From Candidatus Eiseniibacteriota bacterium (GTDB taxonomy: Bacteria > Eisenbacteria > RBG-16-71-46 > CAZAMP01): a stretch of DNA of 64,000 nt. A program made the position numbers and the translations under genes. The notes beneath the pieces are model-generated. The model had not been told where the DNA came from, made no database searches, and saw nothing but the letters and a program-made list of their open reading frames with translations. This document shows positions 39,311 through 47,815 of the stretch, piece by piece. The stretch's first letter is position 1. Each line of letters starts with the position of its first letter. The stretch is taken from positions 2,368,001-2,432,000 of the forward strand of contig OZ245046.1 in assembly GCA_965224245.1 (NCBI GenBank), given 5' to 3'.

Positions 39311-40128
39311 GATGCACCTCCTCCGAAGTCGCGCAGCGGCCGCTTGTGCGTGGCCCCGCTCTTGCGCAGCTCGGGATTGCCGCGATCGGTCTGGTAGCCC
39401 CAGTCCAGCTCGATGAAGTCCTCGTCCAGATCGACGACGCGGACCTTCGCGTAGTTGTTGTCGCGCGTCCAGACCACGTAGACGTGCCCCACGATCGCCT
39501 CCACGATCCCCGACGGGCTCCAGCCCTCGTCGGGCGCCCAGGTGATCGCGTCGAAGGACGCGTAGCCTGCATCCTGGATGTCGGTCGCGTAGTCGGGAAC
39601 GGCCAGGTAGCCGACACCGTCGATCCAGTCGAAGTAGACGTCGGCGCGCTCGTCGTCCCAGCCGACTCGCTGCTCGCGCGAGAAGTCGAACGCCGAGTCC
39701 TCGGGGTAGTCGCCGTCGGCCTCTTCCAGCTGAAGGCCGAACCCCTCGGGCCGCGGCGTGTCGTAGATGATGCGGTTGTTGAGGTCGCTCTCGTTGCCGG
39801 CGTAGTCGATGGCGGTGACTCCGTAGTAGTACGTGTCTCCGTTGTCGAGGTCGTCGTGCACGAAGTCGGCGTCCTCGGTGAACCCGAGCAGGTCGTACGG
39901 CCCGTGCGGCTCGCGACTCACGTAGACGCGATAGCCGTCCAGGTCGGGCTCCTGGTTCTCGATCCAGTCCAGATAGACGACCCGGTCACCGGTCGTCGAC
40001 GTCACACCGACCGGCGGCAGCGGCGCGCGGCGGTCGGACTCGTGATGGTGGTCGGTACCGGTGTGATTGATCTCGCAGCCGAGCGCGAGCACCGCACCCA
40101 CGAGTGTCAGATGGAGTCGCGTGTTCAT
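39307..40128 (-). CDS. Lipoprotein with a fibronectin type III domain
   Basis: Lipobox LALGC; PLPPVGV..GDRVVYLDW...DLDGYRVY...TYYYGVTAIDYAGNESD; AAGGAGG RBS; ATGA overlap with the next gene. Confidence 0.85.
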   Translation of the reverse strand: MNTRLHLTLVGAVLALGCEINHTGTDHHHESDRRAPLPPVGVTSTTGDRVVYLDWIENQEPDLDGYRVYVSREPHGPYDLLGFTEDADFVHDDLDNGDTYYYGVTAIDYAGNESDLNNRIIYDTPRPEGFGLQLEEADGDYPEDSAFDFSREQRVGWDDERADVYFDWIDGVGYLAVPDYATDIQDAGYASFDAITWAPDEGWSPSGIVEAIVGHVYVVWTRDNNYAKVRVVDLDEDFIELDWGYQTDRGNPELRKSGATHKRPLRDFGGGAS

Positions 40129-40289
40129 CGGGGTGCCTCCTTTCGGGTTCGAAGAACGAAAGGATGCAGGGGCATCGTCGGCCTGCCTCCACCGTTGAAC
40201 GAAACCCTTACGCCATCACCGCCGAGGCGGCGATGGAGGGTGGGTAAGTGTTTCGCGAAATGCCCCTGCATCCTTGTGCCCGGGTGCAT

Positions 40290-40305
40290 TGCAGGGGGCA
40301 TGCCA
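40290..40305 (-). promoter_or_regulatory. Sigma54 -24/-12 promoter of the lipoprotein-DUF4384 operon
   Basis: Minus strand TGGCAT-GCCCC-CTGCA (GG-N10-GC); IHF-like TTCAATCGATTG at about 40350-40361. Confidence 0.65.
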
Positions 40306-40564
40306 GTGGGGCGAGAGCGGACTTCTCAGGCTTGCAACTAACTATGTGCCAATCGATTGAACGAAACGGGACTGCTCCGGGGACCGCTCCGGGAGAGGTG
40401 GGTCGAGCCTGGATCCGTGACCGTCGCGCCTCGGTGTCGCACCGCCGCCACAGGCGTGCCTGCAACACACCCACCCGCCGATACGCGAGCCACTACCGTG
40501 GACGACGAGGACGCGGGGCGCGGGCCGCAGGGCGTTCGGGCGAAGGGCGAGGAGCACGGAGGGC

Positions 40565-40817
40565 AAAAAACAAGGGACCCGATCCGCGGCGGCCACAGCC
40601 TGGACATCCCCCATCTCGCTGGTCATAACCGCCTGGATCAGATCCCTCGCAAATCGTGCCGAGGTATGTCGTGTCTGCGCCGAAGAATTCGAACCGGCCG
40701 GCCGCAACGAACATCTGGACGCTCAATCCGTCGCTCGCCGCGTGTAATCGGGGCCTGATCAGCGTTGACCGGCCGGTCCGAAGTCCATCTTCGGAGGTTC
40801 CCAGCTCCACAGACGTT
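40565..40817 (-). ncRNA. Putative sigma54-transcribed structured small RNA (about 250 nt)
   Basis: Starts about 12 nt after a sigma54 motif. A long rod pairs 40814-40808 with 40679-40673 and includes a 16-bp helix 40782-40767/40703-40688. A second long hairpin (40648-40572) ends in GTTTTTT. No convincing ORF with an RBS. Confidence 0.6.
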
Positions 40818-40827
40818 CTCTGATCAT

Positions 40828-40843
40828 TGCATCCGGCATGCCA
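40828..40843 (-). promoter_or_regulatory. Sigma54 -24/-12 promoter of the putative sRNA
   Basis: Minus strand TGGCAT-GCCGG-ATGCA (GG-N10-GC). Confidence 0.65.
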
Positions 40844-41047
40844 GGTGCGCCGATCGCGCCGAGACACATCGAACACAACGCTAACGCATTCGAAACGGGC
40901 ACGTTACACGTGGGTTTCATTCCGCTGCGAGGGGCTCGATCTCCGGCTCTTCCGGGCACGAATTCGCAAGGAAGTTTCCAGCCACATCTCGACGCCGGCA
41001 ACGTGCGCGTTTGCAGCGTCTTGGGTTGGAAAGATTCTTTAGAGGCG

Positions 41048-41064
41048 TATCAAGAGACTTGATA
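41048..41064. promoter_or_regulatory. 7-3-7 palindrome, candidate activator-binding site
   Basis: TATCAAG-AGA-CTTGATA in the AT-rich spacer about 205 bp upstream of the 40843 promoter. Confidence 0.4.
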
Positions 41065-41076
41065 GCTCCAGGGGGG

Positions 41077-44000
41077 TCAGTCGATGGCGAACGTGCGGAC
41101 CTTGGCCAGCAGGGTGGGATACGAGATGGCCAGACGCCTCGCCGCGGCGCTCTTGTTCCCACGGCACTCGCGGAGCGCGTCCACGATCATCTGCCGCTCG
41201 AGACGCTGCACGGCCGATCGCATCGAGCCGTTCGTGGCGCCGTTCGCGACGCCGGCCGGCCCGACCAGCTCGGGCGGCAGGTGCGCGACACCGACCGGCT
41301 CTCCCTCGTCGGCCAGGACGAGCATCCGGCGGACAGCCTTCTCCAGCTCGCGTACGTTGCCCGGCCATGCGTAGTCGTGGAGCAGTCGCATCACGTCGGG
41401 CGACAGGCGCGGCACGTCTCGTGACATCTCGGCCGAGAACGTCGCCATGAAGTGGTCCACGAGAGCGTCGATGTCCTGGCGCCGCTCTCGAAGCGGCGGG
41501 ATCACGATGGAGATGTCGTTGAGCCGGTAGTAGAGATCCTCCAGGAACGCGTTCTCCGCGATCAGCGTCTTCAGGTTGGCGTTCGTGGCGGACACGATCC
41601 GCACGTCGACGCGCTTCCAGCGCGTGGCCCCGACCGGTCGGATCTCGTGGTGATCGAGCACGTGCAAGAGCTTGGCCTGCACCGCGCGCGTCGTCTTGTC
41701 CACCTCGTCTAGGAACACGGTCCCGCCTTCGGCCTCTTCGAAGAGCCCGCGCTTCTCGCGTATCGCACCGGTGAACGCGCCCGCCATGTGCCCGAACAGC
41801 TCGCTCTCCAGGAGATGCTCGGGTATCGCGGCGCAGCTGATCGGTACGAACGGGGCCTCTCTTCGCCTGCCCGTATCGTGCACCGCGCGCGCGATCAGGC
41901 CCTTGCCGGTGCCGGTCTCGCCGCGGACGAGCACGCTCGCCGGGCTGTCGGACACCTTGCGTACGGTCTGGAGCAGCGCCTCGAACGCCGGGCTGGCCGA
42001 CACGATCGGCCGCGTGAGGCGGCTCGCGTCGATGCCGCTCTCCAGCCGGGCGCGCTCGGAGAGCATCTGCGTGCGTTCGAGCGCCAGCGCCGAGATCGAC
42101 GCCAGCTCGGCCAGGAGCGCGATCAGCTTCAGATCGGCCTGTCGGTAGGCGCCCACCACGTGCTGCGCGCGGCGGTCCACGTAGAGGAGCCCCCAGATGT
42201 CCTGGGGCAGGCACAGCGGCGCGATCGCCAGGCCGGACACGTCCTCGACGTCCCCAACGTCGGCGTCGCCGGGAGCGCGGATCGCCGGGTACCCCGACGC
42301 CATCGACGCGGCGACCGCCGGCTGGATGCGCCCGAGCAGCTCGCTGGCCTGCGCGGCGGTCGTCCCGATCGCACCCACCACCGTCAGGTCCTCGGTGGTC
42401 GGCCCCTGAGCCAGAAACGCGCGATCGGAGCTGGTGCGGCGAAGCACCATTCGCAGGAGGGCATCGACGGCGCTCTCCGGGCTTTCGGACGTCTTCAGGA
42501 GCCGATGGAGCTCGCGCGTCGGGCTGAGGATGTCCGAGCCCTCGAGCGACGTCCGCGCGCGCTGGTCGAGCCGAGCCTTCAGACGCATCTGCTCCTCGAG
42601 CAGCGGGCTCTCCTCTGAGGCCTCGACGTATCGTGCGGCCGACCGGAGGAGGTTCTCGGCATCGTCGAGGGGACCGGTCCGGATGCGGTCCTCGACCGCC
42701 GCCAGCGCCACCTCGGCGAGGTGTCCGGGGACGTCGAGCGTCTCGAAGATCGCGCGCGCCTCCGTCAGGTGATGCTGGATCTCCGGATGAGCGTCGGTCG
42801 ACTCGCGGGCCACGTCGAGGCACACGCGCGCCATCGACAGGTGCGTGCGGCCGACCTCATACCGGGCGCCGAGCTTGCGGAACGTCTCGAGAACCGCGCC
42901 CAGCATCGCGTGGCCGTCCTCGCAACGTCCCGCGCGGGCCCGGCACAGACCCAGCACGCGCCGGGCGGCGGCCGCCTCGGTCAGGTCTCCGAGGCTCTCG
43001 GCGATCTCGATCGTGCGCTCGGCCGTCTCGGTGGCCGCGTCCAGATCCCCCAGTGCGAAGTGGGCTTCGGCCAGGCGCCGGCCGATCTCCGAGACAAGAT
43101 CGCCCGCCGGAGCCAGCTCTCGAGCGTCGGCGAGCGCTACGAGCAGCCGATCACGCCCGCGCTCGGGCTGGCCGGTGGCCACCTCGAGCTCGCCGCGGAA
43201 CTCTTCGACGAGGATGCGCTCGCGCGTGTAGCCGTTGGCCTCGGCGATCGCGTCCGCCTCCTCCAGGGTGGCGCGGGCGGCGCCGAACCGCCGCGACCGC
43301 ATGTCGAGGACGCCACGCGCGATCAGCGACTTGACCAGTCGACCGCGATGATCGATCTCGCGCGCGATCTGCGTGGCGCGCTCGAGCTGGCGCCGCGCCT
43401 CGGGCCAGTCTCCCAGACGCGAGTGAATGATGCCGAGATTGAGGCAGATCGAGGCCTTTCGCCCGTAGTCGCCCACGTCCTCGAGTATGTCGAGCGCACG
43501 GTGCAGGAACGATAGGGCATCGCGAAGGTGGTTCGACTGCTTCCGATTGAGTCCGAGGTTGTTGTACGCGTGCGCGATACCGCGGCGATCTCCGACCCGC
43601 TCGTACAGACCCAGCGCCAGATCGAACGACTGCTCGGCATCGCCGGTTCGCCCCTGTCGCTCGAGGGCGTGACCGATCGCCAGGTAGAGTCGCGCCTGGA
43701 ATCGCACGACCTCGGAGCTGGTCGTCTCCCGCAGGAGACTGAGCGCCTCGCGTGCCGCGTCGATGGCCGCCTGGTACTGGCCCGACATGGATCCCACGAT
43801 GGCATGGCGGCCGATGATGCGGGCACGGGTGACGTCGTCTGGATGAGGGCCGGCGAAGGCCTCGGCCTCCGCGATCGCGGCGCGCGCCATCCCGAGCTCG
43901 CCCCGGGAGGCGTGGCAATCGACGATGCGCAGCACGACGTCGACGCCGTCGGGGTTCGGGCCCTCGGGGGCGCCCAGCGGCTCGCGAGCGGCCAGGTAGT

Positions 44001-44145
44001 GGCCCAGCGCCTCGCCGTGATTGTCGGCGGACCGGTGGAGATCACCCAGACGCAGGAGGTGATCGAACGTGCTGGGGTCGACGGCACGCTCGCGCGTCGC
44101 TCCCTCGCCCGCCGCTTCGGTTGGGAAACCCCTCCCGACATCCAT
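41077..44145 (-). CDS. Sigma54 enhancer-binding protein with N-terminal TPR repeats, a GAF-like domain, AAA+ and HTH (1022 aa)
   Basis: About 500 aa of TPR-like helices (AHAYNNLG, ASICLNLGIIH, YEVGRTHL); GAF-like APL...WGLLYVD; motifs GETGTGK, ESELFGH, GAFTGA, FLDEVD, DLYYRL and WPGNVREL; HTH. Confidence 0.93.
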   Translation of the reverse strand: MDVGRGFPTEAAGEGATRERAVDPSTFDHLLRLGDLHRSADNHGEALGHYLAAREPLGAPEGPNPDGVDVVLRIVDCHASRGELGMARAAIAEAEAFAGPHPDDVTRARIIGRHAIVGSMSGQYQAAIDAAREALSLLRETTSSEVVRFQARLYLAIGHALERQGRTGDAEQSFDLALGLYERVGDRRGIAHAYNNLGLNRKQSNHLRDALSFLHRALDILEDVGDYGRKASICLNLGIIHSRLGDWPEARRQLERATQIAREIDHRGRLVKSLIARGVLDMRSRRFGAARATLEEADAIAEANGYTRERILVEEFRGELEVATGQPERGRDRLLVALADARELAPAGDLVSEIGRRLAEAHFALGDLDAATETAERTIEIAESLGDLTEAAAARRVLGLCRARAGRCEDGHAMLGAVLETFRKLGARYEVGRTHLSMARVCLDVARESTDAHPEIQHHLTEARAIFETLDVPGHLAEVALAAVEDRIRTGPLDDAENLLRSAARYVEASEESPLLEEQMRLKARLDQRARTSLEGSDILSPTRELHRLLKTSESPESAVDALLRMVLRRTSSDRAFLAQGPTTEDLTVVGAIGTTAAQASELLGRIQPAVAASMASGYPAIRAPGDADVGDVEDVSGLAIAPLCLPQDIWGLLYVDRRAQHVVGAYRQADLKLIALLAELASISALALERTQMLSERARLESGIDASRLTRPIVSASPAFEALLQTVRKVSDSPASVLVRGETGTGKGLIARAVHDTGRRREAPFVPISCAAIPEHLLESELFGHMAGAFTGAIREKRGLFEEAEGGTVFLDEVDKTTRAVQAKLLHVLDHHEIRPVGATRWKRVDVRIVSATNANLKTLIAENAFLEDLYYRLNDISIVIPPLRERRQDIDALVDHFMATFSAEMSRDVPRLSPDVMRLLHDYAWPGNVRELEKAVRRMLVLADEGEPVGVAHLPPELVGPAGVANGATNGSMRSAVQRLERQMIVDALRECRGNKSAAARRLAISYPTLLAKVRTFAID

Positions 44146-44163
44146 CGTTGCATGGCCCCTTGC

Positions 44164-44237
44164 TCGATGAGGTTCGCGGTGCCCCCGGCCGGGGCATCGA
44201 TCTCGGGCGGCTCCCCCGCGAACCTCGGGAGCCGCCC
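44164..44237 (-). promoter_or_regulatory. Candidate RNA pseudoknot or switch in the peptide-activator intergenic region
   Basis: An 11-bp stem (44205-44215/44227-44237) has an 11-nt loop (44216-44226) that is the exact complement of 44169-44179. A nested hairpin lies at 44180-44196. Confidence 0.55.
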
Positions 44238-44299
44238 CGCACCGGGTCCGACGCTCACCCCGAGTTGAGCGAACGCGCGACCACCGGTGCGGACCTGCG

Positions 44300-44626
44300 T
44301 CAGAGCGTCAGCAAGCTCATCTCCGCCAGCGTGATCACGATCCCCACGATCTCCGGGCACGGATCATCGACCGCCTCGATCGTGTTGCCCTCCGGCATCA
44401 GATCGTAGTCGTCGGGATCCCCGCTGCCGCCGGTGGGCTGCTGGAGTACGCCCGCGCCTGGCGTGACGACCGTGCAGTTGACGTCGTCGCCAGAGTTCGT
44501 GGCAGGGTCGTCGCCGGCGCCGGCCGGGGTGATCCACAGGAACAGCGCGAGGAGTGCGAGGAACACACACGATCGGATCGACGACGGGGTGCGCAGGCAC
44601 GCAGGCAAGTTTCCACGAAGCTCCAC
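44300..44626 (-). CDS. Small secreted acidic pre-peptide (108 aa) with GDD/GDPDD motifs and a hydrophobic C-terminus
   Basis: GGGAGGA RBS then GTG 44626. The signal-like VFLALLALFLWITPAGA is followed by GDDPATNSGDDVNC...GGSGDPDDYDLMP...IVGIVITLAEMSLLTL. Has its own sigma70 promoter. Confidence 0.7.
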   Translation of the reverse strand: MELRGNLPACLRTPSSIRSCVFLALLALFLWITPAGAGDDPATNSGDDVNCTVVTPGAGVLQQPTGGSGDPDDYDLMPEGNTIEAVDDPCPEIVGIVITLAEMSLLTL

Positions 44627-44726
44627 TGAGTCCTCCCTGGCGGAATCCGACACGTATGTCGACTGGCTCCCGGATCGCCTTAACCCCGCTGAGGCGGCCG
44701 AGATCGTGGAGTTGGGAACACTGTCG

Positions 44727-44755
44727 ACTTTACCAGCAACGCCGAAATCCGTCAA
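44727..44755 (-). promoter_or_regulatory. Sigma70-type promoter of the peptide-activator operon
   Basis: Minus strand TTGACG-N17-TAAAGT. Confidence 0.7.
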
Positions 44756-44999
44756 TTCCCGGCGTTTGGGCCGCCCTGTATGATCGTCGGCAGACGGGCG
44801 GGACTTCCAGAGATCCCCGCCGAGTGGGGACCGTGCGCACGCGCGCACGGATGTGGTACACCTCCCGCCGCGAGGATCCGGGGACTCGGGCCGCGGGACA
44901 CCCGCCGGCGCGAGCGTCCAGGACGACCCCTGAACGCACACGGACGCCGAGAGGCGCCAGGACAGGAGCTTCGCCGGCCCGCGCCGGAGAGACCCCACG

Positions 45000-47246
45000 A
45001 TGAGTACGAACATCTACGACCGAGCCCAGGCCGTCGACCGCCGGTTCACGGACTTCGTCGAGCGCTGGAGCGGGTCCCCCCGCCCCCGGCCCGACCTGGA
45101 CGCTCCGGTCCGGTCTCCCTCGCCGCTGACCGGGCGAGAGCTTCTGGAGCTCTTCGAGTCGCAGATCATCTCGCGCCATCTGGACCTGATGTCCCGCATC
45201 CTGCGCGCGCGTGACGCCAGCTTCTACACGATCGGGAGCTCGGGACACGAGGGCAACGCCGCGCTCGGGCGCCTGACGCGTCCGACCGACCCCGCATTCC
45301 TGCACTACCGGAGCGGCGGGTTCATGGCGGAGCGGTCACGGCGCAACCAGCACGCCGACGCCGTGTACGACGTGCTGCTGGCACTCGTGGCGAGCTCGGA
45401 CGATCCGGTCGCCGGCGGGCGCCACAAGGTGTGGGGCAGCGTCGAGCTGTGGGCGATTCCGCAGACGAGCACGATCGCCAGCCATCTGCCAAAGGCGGTG
45501 GGCATGGCCATCGGCGTGCGCCGTGCGCTCAAGATGGGGATCACGCCGCCGGTGCCGCGCGACAGCATCGTCGTGTGCTCGTTCGGCGACGCGAGCGTGA
45601 ACCACTCCACCGCGCTCGGTGCGTTCAGCGCGGCGGCACGCGCGGTGTACCAGCAGATCGCGTGTCCGATCCTGTTCGTGTGCGAGGACAACGGGCTGGG
45701 CATCTCGGTGGCCACGCCGTCCCGGTGGGTCGAGGACGCCTTCGGACCCCGTCCCGGTCTGGAGTACTTCCAGGCCGACGGGCTGGACATCGTGGACATG
45801 CACCGGGTGACCGCCGAGGCCGTATCGGTATGCCGGTCACGGGCCACGCCCGTGTTCCTGCACGTGAGGTGCGTGCGGCTGATGGGCCACGCCGGGAGCG
45901 ACGTCGAGCTGGAGTACCGCTCCCTGGCCGACGTCGAGGCGACCGAGGCGCGCGATCCGATCCTCGCCACCGCACGCATCGTGCTCGAGGCGGGTCTCTG
46001 CCAGCCGTCCGAGGTGACCGCGATGTACGAGCGCATCCGCGCGCGTGTCGAGCTGGCGGCCGAGCGCGCGCTGGCGCGCCCCCGGCTCACCGACCGCCGG
46101 ACGATCATCGCGCCGCTCGCACCGTACACACCCGACGCGGTCGCGGCCGAGGCCACGCGCAAGGCCGCGCCGGAACGGCGCGAGGAGGCGTTCGGCGGCG
46201 AGGAGAAGCTGCCCGAGGCGGCCGGCCCCAGGACGATGGCCATGCAGATCAACAGCGCACTCACGGATCTTCTGGCCAAGCATCCCGAGGCGGTCCTGTT
46301 CGGTGAGGACGTGGCACGAAAGGGTGGGGTCTACCACGTGACCGCCCGGCTTCTCGCGCGCTTCGGGGCTTCGCGCGTGTTCGACACGATCCTCGACGAG
46401 CAGACCATCCTCGGGCTGGCCCAGGGGTTCGGCTACTCCGGGCTGTTGCCGTTTCCGGAGATCCAGTACCTCGCCTACTTTCACAATGCGTGCGATCAGA
46501 TCCGCGGAGAAGCCTGCTCGATGCAGTTCTTCTCGAACGGCCAGTTCCGAAACCCGATGGTGCTCCGGATCGCATCCCTGGGCTACCAGAAGGGGTTCGG
46601 CGGACACTTTCACAACGACAACAGCATCGCGGCGCTGCGCGACATCCCGGGGCTCGTGATCGCGTGTCCGTCCCGGGGCGACGACGCGGCCGCGATGCTG
46701 CGCACCTGTGCGGCCCTGGCCAAGGTCGACGGACGCGTGGTCGCCTTCCTGGAGCCGATCGCCCTCTACCACCGCAAGGATCTCCACGAGCCCCGGGACG
46801 GCGCGTGGCAGTTCCCGTATCCCGCACCCGGCACCGCCGTCCCCCTCGGGTCGAGCCGCGTGTACGACGAGGAGGCGACCGACCTCGTGTTCGTGACCTA
46901 CGGCAACGGGGTGCCGCTCTCGCTTCAGGCCGCACGCACGCTCGGCGAGCGTCACGGCGTGGCCGCCCGCGTCGTGGACCTGCGCTGGCTGAACCCGCTC
47001 GACGGCGGAGTGATCGCCGAGCATGCGCGCGCGTGCGGCAACGTCGTCGTCGTGGACGAGGGACGGCGCACCGGCGGCGTCAGCGAGGCCATCATCACCG
47101 CGATCGTGGAGGCGGGCGTCGAGGGCGTCCGGGTCCGTCGCGTCGTCGGCGAGGACACCTACATCCCGCTGGGACCGGCCGCGAGCCTGGTCCTGCCGTC
47201 GGTGGAGGAGATCGTGGCCGCGGCGCTGGCGCTCGGGGAACGCTGA
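45000..47246 (+). CDS. Fused E1 alpha/beta ThDP-dependent 2-oxoacid dehydrogenase (branched-chain-like)
   Basis: Motifs YTIGSSGHEG, LHYRS, GDAS..N, GHAGSD, GEDVARKGGVY, EIQY and GGHFH. Substrate uncertain. Confidence 0.9.
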   Translation: MSTNIYDRAQAVDRRFTDFVERWSGSPRPRPDLDAPVRSPSPLTGRELLELFESQIISRHLDLMSRILRARDASFYTIGSSGHEGNAALGRLTRPTDPAFLHYRSGGFMAERSRRNQHADAVYDVLLALVASSDDPVAGGRHKVWGSVELWAIPQTSTIASHLPKAVGMAIGVRRALKMGITPPVPRDSIVVCSFGDASVNHSTALGAFSAAARAVYQQIACPILFVCEDNGLGISVATPSRWVEDAFGPRPGLEYFQADGLDIVDMHRVTAEAVSVCRSRATPVFLHVRCVRLMGHAGSDVELEYRSLADVEATEARDPILATARIVLEAGLCQPSEVTAMYERIRARVELAAERALARPRLTDRRTIIAPLAPYTPDAVAAEATRKAAPERREEAFGGEEKLPEAAGPRTMAMQINSALTDLLAKHPEAVLFGEDVARKGGVYHVTARLLARFGASRVFDTILDEQTILGLAQGFGYSGLLPFPEIQYLAYFHNACDQIRGEACSMQFFSNGQFRNPMVLRIASLGYQKGFGGHFHNDNSIAALRDIPGLVIACPSRGDDAAAMLRTCAALAKVDGRVVAFLEPIALYHRKDLHEPRDGAWQFPYPAPGTAVPLGSSRVYDEEATDLVFVTYGNGVPLSLQAARTLGERHGVAARVVDLRWLNPLDGGVIAEHARACGNVVVVDEGRRTGGVSEAIITAIVEAGVEGVRVRRVVGEDTYIPLGPAASLVLPSVEEIVAAALALGER

Positions 47247-47297
47247 CCGGCGGCGATCACGGCACCGGGTCGGACGAGCCGGGTCGGAGTAGCCGGA

Positions 47298-47663
47298 TCA
47301 GAGAAGATAGTCCTCGAGTTCGTCACTGACGACCCGTGTCCGCGGGCGCGATGCCGGCGACCCGTCCGCCGCCGCGCGAGACGGTGGCGGAAGCGCCGCG
47401 AGCCGCCGACCGGACAGGATGGCCAGGATGCTCGCAACCTCGGGCGAGGCGTCCGGCGGCGGGCATCGCACGAGGGTCTTGCGCCCGTCGCGCACGGCGG
47501 ACACGAGGCCGGTCGCTTCGAGCTGCCGGATGTGGCGGGAGACGGCGGGCTGGGTGATTCCCAGCTCGTCGGCCAGGGCCTGTACGTGACGATCCCCGCC
47601 GAGCAGGAGCTTCACGATCGCGAAGCGGTGCGGATCGCCGAGCGCCTTGAAGAGACGATGCAT
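47298..47663 (-). CDS. ArsR/SmtB family transcriptional regulator
   Basis: FKALGDPHRFAIV...LGITQPAVSRHIRQLEATGLV...RDGRK. Confidence 0.88.
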   Translation of the reverse strand: MHRLFKALGDPHRFAIVKLLLGGDRHVQALADELGITQPAVSRHIRQLEATGLVSAVRDGRKTLVRCPPPDASPEVASILAILSGRRLAALPPPSRAAADGSPASRPRTRVVSDELEDYLL

Positions 47664-47815
47664 GAGCGGAGTCTAGGGTGCCCGATCCCCCGCCCGCAAG
47701 CGCCGCCGGGGACGTCCAGCGGCCCCGGCGCCGGTTTGACCGCCAAAAAACGCGCGTGGTACCGTCCGGTTCGCGCGCCGGCCGCGCCGAGCACCACCCC
47801 CGCCACGGATCCGGA

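Noticed and set aside
40333-40351. TGGCAC-N8-TTGCA as an additional sigma54 promoter
   Set aside because: The spacing is 3 nt too long; sigma54 needs GG-N10-GC.
40342-41062. Short ORFs of 70-130 aa across the sRNA region
   Set aside because: No RBS or recognisable motifs, and several cross the predicted promoters. RNA structure explains the region better.
44164-44237. HDV-like ribozyme reading of the pseudoknot
   Set aside because: The helix order is similar but there is no room for P3/L3. Kept only as a generic pseudoknot or switch.
44627-45013. N-terminal extension of the peptide ORF to 237 aa
   Set aside because: It runs through the predicted sigma70 promoter and overlaps the start of the divergent E1 gene. 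The strong RBS is at GTG 44626.
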